Assembly: GCA_052390515.1 (NCBI GenBank)
Contig: JBQTGV010000036.1
Location: 1 to 64,000, forward strand
Source of the DNA: Candidatus Eiseniibacteriota bacterium
GTDB taxonomy: Bacteria; ARS69
DNA: 64,000 nucleotides
Direction: 5' to 3'
This document shows, piece by piece, positions 19,271 through 28,930 of the stretch (positions within the stretch are counted from its first letter, which is position 1; every line of letters starts with the position of its first letter). The position numbers and the translations under genes were made by a program. A model generated the notes under the pieces. The model did no database searches, was not told where the DNA came from, and worked only from the letters and a program-made list of their open reading frames with translations.

Positions 19271-19711
19271 GTGGGAACTCTCCTGAACAGTGAAGACCGT
19301 TCGCGGCTGATTCAGCGTCTACAGCGAGTCAGCCCGGACGCAACGCCAGCGTGGGGTACCCTGAACGCTCCGCGCATGCTCTGCCACGTGGCGGACCAGA
19401 TGCGTGTGGCGCTCGGCGACCTGTCCACGAAGCCGGTCCACACATTCGCCTCGCGTACGCTGCTCAAGCACTTGGTCGTCAACACGGGCTTCGAGCCCCC
19501 GCGCGGGAAGATCCGGACCGCCCCCGAGATGCTGACGTCGCAACCCGCGACATGGGAAGCGGACCTCTCCGCGTGCGTGGCGCTCGCGGAGCGCGTCGGG
19601 ACGGGCTCGGCCCGTGCGGTACATCCCACGTTCGGCCCGCTGTCGCCAGAACAGTGGGGCCGGCTCTGCTGGAAGCACCTGAACCACCATCTCGTGCAGT
19701 TCGGCGTGTGA
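19271..19711 (+). CDS. DUF1569/DinB-like protein
   Basis: WGTLNAPRMLCH…HPTFGPLSPEQWGRLCWKHLNHHLVQFG. Confidence 0.85.
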   Translation: MGTLLNSEDRSRLIQRLQRVSPDATPAWGTLNAPRMLCHVADQMRVALGDLSTKPVHTFASRTLLKHLVVNTGFEPPRGKIRTAPEMLTSQPATWEADLSACVALAERVGTGSARAVHPTFGPLSPEQWGRLCWKHLNHHLVQFGV

Positions 19712-19715
19712 CGCG

Positions 19716-19853
19716 ATGAAGCCGAGACTCGAAGCAGTCCAACCGGTTCTGGGGGTGGCACGACGAAGCTGCGTCGATCGGCTCTCCCGGGAGTTCCACG
19801 TGCGGGACCCCGACGGCAACGGCCTCCAGTTCTATCGCGCCTTGCCCGGATGA
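19716..19853 (+). pseudogene. VOC/glyoxalase with in-frame internal deletion (45 aa)
   Basis: N-terminal MKPRLEAVQPVL joined to C-terminal REFHVRDPDGNGLQFY. Confidence 0.7.
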
Positions 19854-19878
19854 CCGCGGAGCAGGAGGCCATTCGATC

Positions 19879-20397
19879 GTGGAGATGAACCTCGCCAGGT
19901 GCCAGGTCAGATCCTGGCTCGAGAGCGACGCGCAACCCATCGTATCTCATGCGGACAACCGACGAGTCTGGATCAACCTCCGCGATCGGTTCCCGCACCC
20001 TTACACCCTCGCCGACGCCCATCGCTTCATCCACGCGGTACGAGCTGTCGAGCCCGAGACGGGGTTCGCCGTCGCGGTCGACACAGCCGCCGTGGGCGGC
20101 ATCGGCTTCACCCTTCATGGCGATGTCGAGCGCGTCTCGGCGGAGATCGGCTACTGGCTGGGTGAGGCCTTCTGGGGACGCGGCATCATGACGGAGGCCG
20201 TCGCGGCGGTTACCGACTACGCCATTCGCACACACGATCTGACGCGCGTGTTCGCGGTGCCCTTCGAGTGGAACGCAGCCTCCTTCCGAGTGCTCGAGAA
20301 GGTCGGATACGTGTGCGAGGGTCGCATGAAGCGTAGCGCCGTCAAGGACGGCCGTGTGATCGATCAACTGCTCTACGCGTACTACCGTCACGGGTGA
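19879..20397 (+). CDS. GNAT N-acetyltransferase, RimJ/RimL type
   Basis: LRDRFPHPYT, AEIGYWLGEAFWGRGIM, NAASFRVLEK. Confidence 0.9.
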   Translation: MEMNLARCQVRSWLESDAQPIVSHADNRRVWINLRDRFPHPYTLADAHRFIHAVRAVEPETGFAVAVDTAAVGGIGFTLHGDVERVSAEIGYWLGEAFWGRGIMTEAVAAVTDYAIRTHDLTRVFAVPFEWNAASFRVLEKVGYVCEGRMKRSAVKDGRVIDQLLYAYYRHG

Positions 20398-20433
20398 CGC
20401 TCGCCTGACCGCCACCCACTCAAGGAGGAGATC

Positions 20434-20865
20434 ATGAAGACCGCGGGTGCCATCGCTCTGGGCGTTCTGCTCGGTGCATTCCTCGTAGCGGTCGGGTCGC
20501 CGCTTGCGTCGAGCGAGCCGGCCAATCCGAACGTCAAGACCCTCATGCAAAGGCCTCTCGCCGAGGAGTTCACGCCCGACCGGGAGATCATCGTCGACCT
20601 CGTGGAGATCGCGCCCAATACGGCGCTGGTTCGACACTGGCATCCCGGAGAGGAGTTTCACTACTACATGGAGGGCGAAGTCGAGATCCGGATCGACGGC
20701 GAGCCTTCCGTGATCGGTACGCCCGGCACCGTCGGGCATGTGCCGTTCAAGAAGTGGCACACGGCAATCGCCGGCGAGAAGGGCGCGAAGCTCCTCGTCT
20801 TCCGCGTGCACACTGAGGGCTCACCGTGGCGTTACCTGGAGGAGGAACCCACCCCGGGGCAATGA
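20434..20865 (+). CDS. Secreted cupin domain protein
   Basis: Signal peptide; HWHPGEE…H cupin motif. Confidence 0.85.
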   Translation: MKTAGAIALGVLLGAFLVAVGSPLASSEPANPNVKTLMQRPLAEEFTPDREIIVDLVEIAPNTALVRHWHPGEEFHYYMEGEVEIRIDGEPSVIGTPGTVGHVPFKKWHTAIAGEKGAKLLVFRVHTEGSPWRYLEEEPTPGQ

Positions 20866-20891
20866 TCGCGGCCCGGCGGAGGACCAGATCC

Positions 20892-21329
20892 ATGGAACCG
20901 ATCATCGATCACATACAGATCACCGTCAGGGACATGAGCGTGGCGGCGCCATTCTACGACAAGCTCCTTCCTCTCTTGGGCTTCGATATCCAGCGCAGAG
21001 TCAGCGCCGTCATAGAGAAGCATGAGTTCCATGTCGTGGAGTACTCTCATCCACGGTTGACGTTCGCCATCACCTCTCCGAGAAGCGCATTCGCGGGCGA
21101 GACGGTCCATCGTAGGAAGCCGGGAGCGCTCCACCATCTCGCATTCAAGGCGGCGTCTCGCGCCGAGGTGGACAGGCTGCACGTGGAGCTGAAGAGGATA
21201 GGTGCGACGATCGTGAGTCCACCGCGGGTGTATCCGGAGTACACCCCACCGGGTTACTACGCTGTCTTTTTCAAGGATCTGGAGGGAATCAAGTACGAGA
21301 TCGTGTGCGCGGAACACGGCGGAACGTGA
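20892..21329 (+). CDS. VOC/glyoxalase family protein
   Basis: IDHIQITVRD, HHLAF, YYAVFFKDLEGIKYE. Confidence 0.9.
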   Translation: MEPIIDHIQITVRDMSVAAPFYDKLLPLLGFDIQRRVSAVIEKHEFHVVEYSHPRLTFAITSPRSAFAGETVHRRKPGALHHLAFKAASRAEVDRLHVELKRIGATIVSPPRVYPEYTPPGYYAVFFKDLEGIKYEIVCAEHGGT

Positions 21330-21382
21330 GGCGGAGGGTGTGAACGAAGTGCGCGCGTCGTTGCGCGCGAGGTGAGGACAGC

Positions 21383-21790
21383 GTGCAGCAGACAATCCTT
21401 CATGCGGCCCTGCTAGTCAGGGACTACGACGAGGCCATCGAGTTCTTCTGCGGCAAGCTCCACTTCGAGCTGGTGGAGGACACTGATGTGCCCGAGCAGG
21501 ACAAGCGATGGGTCGTCGTCGCGCCCCGGGGCTCGACCGGCTCCTCGATCCTCCTGGCGCGCGCCTCGACTCCGCAGCAGGAAGCGTGCATCGGGCGTCA
21601 GACCGGGGGCCGGATCTTCCTCTTCCTCGGCACGGACGACTTCTGGAGGGATTTCAACGAGATGAGCTCGGCCGGGATCAAGTTCGTACGCGAGCCGGCG
21701 GAAGCTCCCTACGGAACCGTCGCCGTCTTCGAGGACCTCCACGGGAACCTGTGGGACCTCGTCGAGCTGAAGCGCCCGAACTCTGCATGA
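21383..21790 (+). CDS. VOC/glyoxalase family protein
   Basis: VRDYDEAIEFF, PYGTVAVFEDLHGNLWDL. Confidence 0.9.
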   Translation: MQQTILHAALLVRDYDEAIEFFCGKLHFELVEDTDVPEQDKRWVVVAPRGSTGSSILLARASTPQQEACIGRQTGGRIFLFLGTDDFWRDFNEMSSAGIKFVREPAEAPYGTVAVFEDLHGNLWDLVELKRPNSA

Positions 21791-21865
21791 TGAAAGCCGC
21801 CATCCATCGTCGTTACGGCCCACCCGAGGTGGTCCAGATCGCGGATGTGCCGCGGCCCAAAGTCT
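21787..21865 (+). pseudogene. N-terminal remnant of an NAD(P)-dependent alcohol dehydrogenase/quinone oxidoreductase
   Basis: MMKAAIHRRYGPPEVVQIADVPRP, then similarity stops. Confidence 0.65.
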
Positions 21866-21983
21866 GGACCAAGGATGACCGCGCAACCCGACGGGGGGCG
21901 CGATGGCCAGCCATGCTATGGTGTCCGCGAAACTCCAAAACGCCCCCAGTCGTATCCGAGGCCAACCACTGGAGGAGGCGGAG

Positions 21984-22721
21984 ATGCAACAGCTGGCCGC
22001 GAAGCGCGCGCAGCGCGTCGCCAGGGTTGGCGGAGTGCTGTATCTCGTCATCATCGTTCTCGGCGCGCTCGGCGAGGCCGTGGTCCGGGGCCGCATCGTC
22101 GTGTCCGGCGACGCGACCGCCACGGCGGACAACCTGCGATCCATGGAATGGCTCTGGCGTCTCGGAGTCGCTGGAGAGATCACCCTCTTGTCGTGCGCGA
22201 CGGCTTTGTCGCTCATCTTCTACGTCCTGTTGCGTCCCGTCAGCCGCGACCTCGCGCTGGGGGCCGTCCTCTTCAATCTCGTGTGCATCTCCATCGAGGG
22301 AGTGGCCGCGGTGTCTCTCGCGGCGGCACTTCATCCCATGACGAGTGCGGCGTACGTCGATGCGTTCACCCCGGAGCAGCTCGACGCCATGACGATGCTG
22401 TCGGTCCGGTCCCACAGCGTCGGCTTCGGAACTGCGCTCGTCTTCTTCGGCGTCGAGTGCGTCCTGCTCGGGTACCTCATCGCCCGGTCTGGCTACATGC
22501 CGAGAGTCATCGGTGTTCTCATGCAGGTTGCCGGTGTCTGCTACGTCATCAACAGCTTCGCCCTCATTCTGTCGCCGCCGCTGGCGAATCGGCTGTTTCC
22601 CGCGATTCTCCTTCCGGCGTTGATAGCCGAGCTGTCGCTCGCCCTGTGGCTTCTCCTGAAGGGCGTGAGGGCGGGGAAGTGGGACGAGCACGTCCACGCG
22701 GTGGCGGGCGCAGACTCGTGA
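21984..22721 (+). CDS. DUF4386 family membrane protein
   Basis: ARVGGVLYL, GDATATADN, multiple TM helices, ELSLALWLLLKGV. Confidence 0.8.
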   Translation: MQQLAAKRAQRVARVGGVLYLVIIVLGALGEAVVRGRIVVSGDATATADNLRSMEWLWRLGVAGEITLLSCATALSLIFYVLLRPVSRDLALGAVLFNLVCISIEGVAAVSLAAALHPMTSAAYVDAFTPEQLDAMTMLSVRSHSVGFGTALVFFGVECVLLGYLIARSGYMPRVIGVLMQVAGVCYVINSFALILSPPLANRLFPAILLPALIAELSLALWLLLKGVRAGKWDEHVHAVAGADS

Positions 22722-22743
22722 CGCCTAGGGTGGAGCGTAGCTC

Positions 22744-22806
22744 ATGACGACGGAGCACGTGGGGATCGTGGCCTGCAGCGCGCCGGGCGCTGCGCTGTGC
22801 TTCGAG
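22744..22806 (+). pseudogene. N-terminal remnant of an Asp/Glu racemase-like gene
   Basis: MTTEHVGIVACSAPGAALCFE, then similarity is lost. Confidence 0.55.
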
Positions 22807-22908
22807 AGGCGTGCGGTGGGAGGGGCCGCCGCTCCGAGCGACTCGACGGAAGCCTCCACGCGGCGAGCGGCTGGCACGTGATCCGCGGTTGAGGGCGTGT
22901 CGCCGCGA

Positions 22909-22951
22909 CCCGCAACGCGGCGGTTGCAGCGTCGACCGGCCGAGCGTAGGC
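22909..22951 (+). other. Degenerate collapsed attC-like site
   Basis: CCCGCAACGCGGCGGTTGCAGCG resembles a left arm; GCGTAGGC resembles a core missing one T. Confidence 0.3.
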
Positions 22952-23061
22952 TCACAGAGCCGAGGGTTTCCGTGTCGACTACGTCCCGTTCACTTCGCCG
23001 CTCGCGCACCGACCGCAAGATCGCCCCGAAGGCGAAGAACTCGGGAGAGGCCTGAGTCCCG

Positions 23062-23829
23062 ATGTCACGAGCTCGTTCGCTCGCCTTGGTCACGGGTACG
23101 AGTTCGGGAATCGGCGAAGCGCTCGCTCGGATGCTCCTTCGTCGCGGCTGGCACGTCGTGGGCGTCTCCCGGCGTGCAGCCGGCATCGAGTCGCCCGAGT
23201 ACGTGCACCTCCGTCTCGACCTGGGAGACCTCGCAGCGGTCGCCGGCGCGCTGGAAGCGACGGTCGGACCGCTGGTCACCGACCCCGCCGTGCGGCGCCT
23301 CGGGCTGGTGAACAACGCCGCCCACGTGGCGTTGCTCGGTCCCATCGAGCGGCTCGACCCGAGTGCGCTGCCGAGCGTCTACGCGGTCAACGTGGCCGCA
23401 CCCGTCCTCTTGATGGGCTGGCTGCTACGCCAGCGGCGGGTTGCCGTGCCCCTTCGCATCGTCAACGTCTCTACCGGTGCTGCGGTGACCCCGCTTCCCG
23501 GCCTCGGCGCCTATGGGAGCGCGAAGGCCGCGCTGCGAATGGTGGGGATGGTCCTCGCCGCCGAGCTGGATGGCCGGCAGCAGGGAGGAAATTCGGTCCC
23601 CGACACGAGCATCCTGTCCTACGAGCCGGGACTCGTCGACACACCGATGCAGGCGGCCGCGCGCGCCAGCTCCGCCGAAAGGCTCCCCATCGTGCAGATG
23701 TTCGTCGACTGGGCGGCGGACGGTACGCTGGTACCGCCGGAGGCTCCCGCGACCGAGATCGCCGATCATCTCGAGGCCGACGGCCATCCGCGCTGGGCCG
23801 AGCGGCGGTTCGGATCTTCGCCCCCGTGA
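23062..23829 (+). CDS. SDR family oxidoreductase
   Basis: TGTSSGIG, NNAA, YGSAK. Confidence 0.9.
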   Translation: MSRARSLALVTGTSSGIGEALARMLLRRGWHVVGVSRRAAGIESPEYVHLRLDLGDLAAVAGALEATVGPLVTDPAVRRLGLVNNAAHVALLGPIERLDPSALPSVYAVNVAAPVLLMGWLLRQRRVAVPLRIVNVSTGAAVTPLPGLGAYGSAKAALRMVGMVLAAELDGRQQGGNSVPDTSILSYEPGLVDTPMQAAARASSAERLPIVQMFVDWAADGTLVPPEAPATEIADHLEADGHPRWAERRFGSSPP

Positions 23830-24323
23830 ACAGGATCGAATCGCTGCTCGCGGAGCTCGCGCACGAAGCGCAGACCACACGGAGATATCTGGAGCGGCTG
23901 TCCGAGCGGCAGTTCGACTGGCGGCCGCACGCGAAGTCGTTCACGGCCGGACAGCTCGCCTCGCACCTGGTCGACTGCATCCGGTGGATCACACCGATCT
24001 TCGCCGCCGACGAGCTCGACATGGGCTCGGGAGGCTACGAGCCGTTCTGCGCGAAGTCGTCGGCCGAGCTGCTCGCGTCCTTCGACGCGGAGGTGGCGAA
24101 GGCGCAACAGGCGATGGCCGGTTCGACAGACACGAGCGCCACGGGGCCGTGGCGGTTCAAGATGCACGGCAAGGTGTGGTTCGAGAAGCCGAGAGAAGAC
24201 GTGTTCCGCGACATGACGGTGAGCCACTTGATCCATCACCGAGGGCAGCTCTCGGTCTACCTGCGGTTGCTCGAGGTGCCCGTGCCCGGCTCGTACGGAC
24301 CCACGGCCGACGAGGGTGGGTAG
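23826..24323 (+). CDS. DinB family protein
   Basis: WRPHAKS…LASHL…HLIHHRGQLSVYLR…YGPTADE. Confidence 0.9.
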   Translation: MNRIESLLAELAHEAQTTRRYLERLSERQFDWRPHAKSFTAGQLASHLVDCIRWITPIFAADELDMGSGGYEPFCAKSSAELLASFDAEVAKAQQAMAGSTDTSATGPWRFKMHGKVWFEKPREDVFRDMTVSHLIHHRGQLSVYLRLLEVPVPGSYGPTADEGG

Positions 24324-24459
24324 CTTGGCCGTCAGGTGAGCAGGGTGGTGGTCTGGTCGTCCGGCTGGCGCGATCGTCGGCGTCGTCGCGCGTGGTTGCC
24401 GGGTCGATCCGCGAGGGGTAGGCTTCCTGGTGCATGCGGCTGATGCGCAAGGAGGAATC

Positions 24460-24762
24460 ATGGATACCACCGGTCTGATCGTTCAGTTGATCAGCGGCGC
24501 CGCCGGCGGCAACGTCGCCGGCGCGCTTCTCAAGAAGTCCAGTCTGGGTCCGATCGGCAATTCCATCGTCGGTATCCTCGGCGGTGGGCTGGGCGGTCAG
24601 ATACTCGGGATGCTCGGTGCCGGCGGGGCGGGTGCGGGAGCTGCAGCGGGCGGCCTCGACCTCGGCTCCATCGTATCCAGCGTCGCCGGTGGAGGTGTGG
24701 GTGGGGGCGTCCTGATGGCAGTCGTCGGTCTCATCCGCCAGTCGATGAGCAAGTCGGCCTGA
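24460..24762 (+). CDS. Small glycine-rich membrane protein
   Basis: [22 protein letters not shown]…[10 protein letters not shown]. Confidence 0.8.
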   Translation: MDTTGLIVQLISGAAGGNVAGALLKKSSLGPIGNSIVGILGGGLGGQILGMLGAGGAGAGAAAGGLDLGSIVSSVAGGGVGGGVLMAVVGLIRQSMSKSA

Positions 24763-24795
24763 CTGCAAGGCGGGATTCGCGCGAGGGCGTCGTCG

Positions 24796-25518
24796 ATGAA
24801 CGCGGAGTTCTCCAACGTCTACGACGACGACCTGCGCGCGGAGGCGTACGCGAAGCTCGAGTTCCCCGGAACGTACTACTTGGCGTATCGGGACCTACCG
24901 GCGATCATCGCCGAGCACGTCCGCGGAAACACCGCCCTGGATTTCGGGTGCGGCACCGGGCGGTCCACGCGGTTCCTGCGCAAGCTCGGCTTCGACGTTC
25001 TGGGCGTCGACATCTCGCCGTCCATGCTTGCGCGGGCCAGGGAGCTCGATCCACAGGGGGAGTACCGTCTCGTATCTGATGACGGCGCCGGCAGCCTGGC
25101 CCCGCGCAGCTACGACCTCGCCCTGTCCGCGTTCACATTCGACAACGTTCCCACGATGGAACGCAAGGTCGCGCTCCTCCGAGCGTTGAAGCACGTCCTC
25201 AGCGGCGGCGGCCGAGTCGTGAACCTCGTGTCGGCGCCGGAGATCTACGTCAACGAGTGGGCTTCCTTCTCCACGAGAGACTTCCCCGAGAACCGGGCGG
25301 CGAAGAGCGGAGACAAGGTACGGATCGTGATGCTCGACGTGGAGGACCGGCGCCCGGTCGAAGACATTCTCTGGACGGACGAGGCCTACGACGAAGCCTA
25401 CCGTCGCGCGGAGCTGCGAGTGATCCGGATGTACCGGCCGTTGGCGAAGGAGTCCGAGCCGTACTCGTGGGTGAGCGAGACGAGGATCGCCCCATGGGTG
25501 GTCCACGTACTCGCCTAG
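24796..25518 (+). CDS. Class I SAM-dependent methyltransferase
   Basis: ALDFGCGTG, VDISPSML. Confidence 0.9.
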   Translation: MNAEFSNVYDDDLRAEAYAKLEFPGTYYLAYRDLPAIIAEHVRGNTALDFGCGTGRSTRFLRKLGFDVLGVDISPSMLARARELDPQGEYRLVSDDGAGSLAPRSYDLALSAFTFDNVPTMERKVALLRALKHVLSGGGRVVNLVSAPEIYVNEWASFSTRDFPENRAAKSGDKVRIVMLDVEDRRPVEDILWTDEAYDEAYRRAELRVIRMYRPLAKESEPYSWVSETRIAPWVVHVLA

Positions 25519-25549
25519 CGCGTCGCCCGCCGGCGCGGGAGAACAGGAC

Positions 25550-26494
25550 GTGACGGTGATCGACACGATCGGCGGGACGAGGCTCGTGCCGCTGCGGTAC
25601 ATGGTTCCCGAGGGGAGCGCCCGGATCCTGGTCAAGCTGGAGTACGAGAACCCCACGGGGAGCATGAAGGACCGCATGGCCCTCGCGATGGTGGAGGCGG
25701 CCGAGGCGGACGGACGGCTGCGCCCGGGCGGATCGGTGGTCGAGTACACGGGGGGCAGCACCGGCGTGTCGCTCGCGTTCGTGTGCGCCGCCAAGCGCAT
25801 CCCGCTTCGGATCGTGACCTCGGAGGCGTTCAGCCAGGAGAAGCGCGATCACATGGAAGCGCTGGGCGCGCGCCTCACGCTGATACCCAGCCCGACCGGC
25901 GGGACGACGAAGGAGCTGACTCTGGAGATGATCGAAGCGGCCAGGCGGCTTGCCTCCGCGCCCGGGAGCTACTGGACGGATCAGTTGAACAACACCGATC
26001 CTCTCCTCACGTACGAGCGGATGGGCGAGGAGATCCGGGAGCAGACCGGGGGGGCGGTCGACGCGTTCGTCCAGGGCGTCGGCACCGCCGGGTCCCTGAG
26101 GGGAATCTCCACGCGCCTTCGCGTCCACGACCGCACCGTGCACATCGTCGCCGTGGAGCCCGAGGAGTCGGCCGTGCTGTCGGGCAGGCCGAGCGGTTCC
26201 CACAAGATCGAGGGCACGGGCATCGGATTCATCGCGCCGTTGTGGACCGACACGGTAGCTGACGAGATCCAGACGGTCTCGACCGAGGAAGCGATGGCGA
26301 CCGCCCGTCGCCTCGCCCGAAAGGAGGGCATCTTCGCGGGGACCTCCACCGGGGGAAACGTGGCGGCGGCGCTGCGCATCGCCGCGAGGCTCGGGCCGGA
26401 CCGCACCGTCGTCACCCTGGCGGTCGACTCGGGAATGAAGTACCTGAGCACGGCGTTGTACGGGCGCCGCGCCGGCGTGCGAACTCCGTCATGA
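25550..26494 (+). CDS. PLP-dependent cysteine synthase family protein
   Basis: KLEYENPTGSMKDR, GVGTAGS, DSGMKYLST. Confidence 0.9.
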   Translation: MTVIDTIGGTRLVPLRYMVPEGSARILVKLEYENPTGSMKDRMALAMVEAAEADGRLRPGGSVVEYTGGSTGVSLAFVCAAKRIPLRIVTSEAFSQEKRDHMEALGARLTLIPSPTGGTTKELTLEMIEAARRLASAPGSYWTDQLNNTDPLLTYERMGEEIREQTGGAVDAFVQGVGTAGSLRGISTRLRVHDRTVHIVAVEPEESAVLSGRPSGSHKIEGTGIGFIAPLWTDTVADEIQTVSTEEAMATARRLARKEGIFAGTSTGGNVAAALRIAARLGPDRTVVTLAVDSGMKYLSTALYGRRAGVRTPS

Positions 26495-27120
26495 TCGCTG
26501 CTGTCGAGGCGCTCGCTCGGCTCCGTGAGGGCAACCGGCGCTTCGTCGCCAACGAGACGACGGCGGCGCTCTCGAGCCACGCACGCCGGGCCGCGCTGGT
26601 CGCCGGTCAGGAGCCGTTCGCCATCGTGCTCGGTTGCTCCGACTCGCGCGTTCCGGCCGAGCTGGTCTTCGACCAGGGCTTCGGCGACCTGTTCGTCATC
26701 CGGGTCGCCGGGAACGTCGTGGCGCCGTCGCAGGTCGGCAGCGTGGAGTTCGCGGCGGCGAGGTTCGGCACGCGGCTCGTCGTCGTCATGGGTCACTCGC
26801 AGTGCGGGGCGGTGATCGCCACGGTGGAAGAAGTGCTCGGCCGCGAGAGCAATCGATCGCGGAACCTGCGCTCGATCGTGGACCGCGTTCGCCCGTCCGT
26901 CGAAACTTTGCTGTCCGGCCGCAAGGACACCGACCCCGAGGCGCTGCTGCGCGAAGCGGTACGCGCCAACGTGCGCGCATCGGTGGATCACCTGCGACAC
27001 GGATCGGAGCTGCTCGAGCGCATGATCCGGGAGGACGGGCTCGTGGTCGTGGGCTCCGAGTACTCGCTCGAGACCGGAGTCGTGACGTTCTTCGACGCCA
27101 CCGACGGGCGGCAGCTATGA
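26491..27120 (+). CDS. Beta-class carbonic anhydrase
   Basis: GCSDSRV, FVIRVAGN, GHSQCGA. Confidence 0.95.
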   Translation: MIAAVEALARLREGNRRFVANETTAALSSHARRAALVAGQEPFAIVLGCSDSRVPAELVFDQGFGDLFVIRVAGNVVAPSQVGSVEFAAARFGTRLVVVMGHSQCGAVIATVEEVLGRESNRSRNLRSIVDRVRPSVETLLSGRKDTDPEALLREAVRANVRASVDHLRHGSELLERMIREDGLVVVGSEYSLETGVVTFFDATDGRQL

Positions 27121-27914
27121 TCATCGGCCTGGCGTCGCCCTCGATCGCTTCCAGCCTCGATGACGGTCTCGAGAAGATCCGGCGGCTGCTGTCCGAGGCG
27201 GCGGCGCAGGGCGCGGAGATCGTCTGCTTTCCGGAGGCGTACCTCCCCGGGCTTCGCGGACAGGACTTCGAGGTATTCGAGTTCGACCGTGCGAGGCAGG
27301 AGCACGCACTCGAGACGGTGGCGCAGTGGGCGCGGTCGTTCCGGGTGGCGACCATCCTCGGGATGGAGAAACCCACCGAGCAGGGGCGACAGATCGCCGC
27401 CTTCGTCATCGACGCATCGGGGCGGATCCAGGGCTGCCAGACCAAGAACCAGCTCGATCCCACGGAGGACGAGTTCTACGTACCGGGACACGAGCGGCGG
27501 CTCTTCGACCTCGGAGGAACGAAGTTCGGTATCGCGATCTGCCACGAGGGCTGGCGGTACCCCGAGACGGTCCGGTGGGCGGCCGCGCGCGGCGCGAAGA
27601 TCGTCTTCCACCCTCAACACACCGGGAGCGTCCGCGGCGGCATCCGCCTGACACGATGGGGCTCGCCGGAGGCGCCGTACTACGAGAAGGCCATGATGAT
27701 GCGCAGCATCGAGAACACGATCTGGTTCGCCAGCGTCAACTACGCGCTGCCGTTCCAGGAATCGGCGACGAGCCTCATCGATCCGGCCGGGCGATGCCAC
27801 GCGTACTTGCCGTACGGGCAGGAGGGCGTGCTGGTTCAGCCCATCCGGCTCGAGGAGGCCACGGGTCTGCTGGCCGGTCGGTTCGCCCCCGAGCGCCTTC
27901 GAGAGTCGAGCTGA
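27117..27914 (+). CDS. Carbon-nitrogen hydrolase (nitrilase superfamily)
   Basis: FPE, K and ICHE catalytic triad context. Confidence 0.9.
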   Translation: MIIGLASPSIASSLDDGLEKIRRLLSEAAAQGAEIVCFPEAYLPGLRGQDFEVFEFDRARQEHALETVAQWARSFRVATILGMEKPTEQGRQIAAFVIDASGRIQGCQTKNQLDPTEDEFYVPGHERRLFDLGGTKFGIAICHEGWRYPETVRWAAARGAKIVFHPQHTGSVRGGIRLTRWGSPEAPYYEKAMMMRSIENTIWFASVNYALPFQESATSLIDPAGRCHAYLPYGQEGVLVQPIRLEEATGLLAGRFAPERLRESS

Positions 27915-27968
27915 GAGATCCTGGGTCGCGGCCTCCGGTTCTCGGACCGATTCACACCGTCCGGGCAC

Positions 27969-28026
27969 TTGACATCCGAGTTCCGCCGTTGTATTAAACC
28001 TATGGGTTAATTAACGCGGTGGTTCA
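27969..28026 (+). promoter_or_regulatory. Promoter with tandem ArsR-type operator half-palindromes
   Basis: TTGACA at 27969; AT-rich TAAACCtatgGGTTAA then TTAACGcggtGGTTCA directly before the ArsR start. Confidence 0.65.
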
Positions 28027-28029
28027 GCA

Positions 28030-28395
28030 GTGAAGACCGACGCATTGAGCGCCACGTTCGCCGCCCTGGCCGACCCGACCCGCCGGGCCATTCTGGCCCG
28101 CCTGACGGCGGGCGAGAGCTCGGTCACGGAGCTCGCGGAGCCCTTCGACATGAGCCTGCCGGCCGTCTCCAAGCACCTCCGGGTGCTGGAGCGCGCGGGG
28201 TTGGTCGCTCGGAGGCGCGACGCGCAGTGGCGGCTGTGCCGAATCGAAGCGGGACCCTTGAAGGAAGTGGCCGATTGGACCGAGGACTACCGGCACGTCT
28301 GGGAGGCGCGGCTCGACCGGCTGGACGACTACCTGCAGCGGATGACTCCGAAGGAGAAGACTCATGGTCGCAAGCAGCGCCGTAAACAGCGATAG
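28030..28395 (+). CDS. ArsR/SmtB family transcriptional regulator
   Basis: FAALADPTRRAIL…SLPAVSKHLRVLERAGLV. Confidence 0.95.
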   Translation: MKTDALSATFAALADPTRRAILARLTAGESSVTELAEPFDMSLPAVSKHLRVLERAGLVARRRDAQWRLCRIEAGPLKEVADWTEDYRHVWEARLDRLDDYLQRMTPKEKTHGRKQRRKQR

Positions 28396-28867
28396 CTTCC
28401 GGGTCACGACACCGTCGGACCAGGAGATCCGCCTCACGAGGCTGTTCGATGCGCCGCGCCAGCTCGTGTTCGACGCGATGACGAGGCCTGAGCACGTGCA
28501 GCGGTGGTGGGGCTGCCTGGGCGAGGGCTACTCGGTCCCGGTTTGCGAGATCGACCTGCGCGTCGGCGGCTCGTGGCGCTTCGTGAACCGCCACCCCCAC
28601 GGCGAGGCTGCCTTCCACGGGGAGTACCGGGAAATCACGCCGCCGAGCCGTCTCGTGTTCACCGAGATCTTCGAGGACTTTCCGGACACGGTCTCGGTCG
28701 TGACTGCGGTCTTCGCGGAAGAAGGAGCCAGGACGCGAATGACCGTCACGGTGCAGTATCCGTCGAAGGAAGTGCGCGACATCGTCATCGCGTCGGGGAT
28801 GGCCCGGGGCGCGGGCATCAGCTACGACCGGCTCGAGGACCTGGTGGCGGAGCTGCAGCGGCGCTGA
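28364..28867 (+). CDS. SRPBCC/AHSA1-like protein
   Basis: TRLFDAPRQLVF, IDLRVGGSWR; typical ArsR partner. Confidence 0.9.
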   Translation: MVASSAVNSDSFRVTTPSDQEIRLTRLFDAPRQLVFDAMTRPEHVQRWWGCLGEGYSVPVCEIDLRVGGSWRFVNRHPHGEAAFHGEYREITPPSRLVFTEIFEDFPDTVSVVTAVFAEEGARTRMTVTVQYPSKEVRDIVIASGMARGAGISYDRLEDLVAELQRR

Positions 28868-28930
28868 CCTTCGCGGAGGTGATGGAGTATCGCTCATCAC
28901 CCCGGAACCCGACCGAGAAAGGAAGCGAAC

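Noticed and set aside
26634-27914. Apparent N-terminal extensions of nitrilase, and likewise ORFs 17832, 41263, 46093, 48328, 50555, 60814
   Set aside because: Extensions overlap upstream genes; motif-bearing parts begin at downstream starts with RBS or stop-start coupling.
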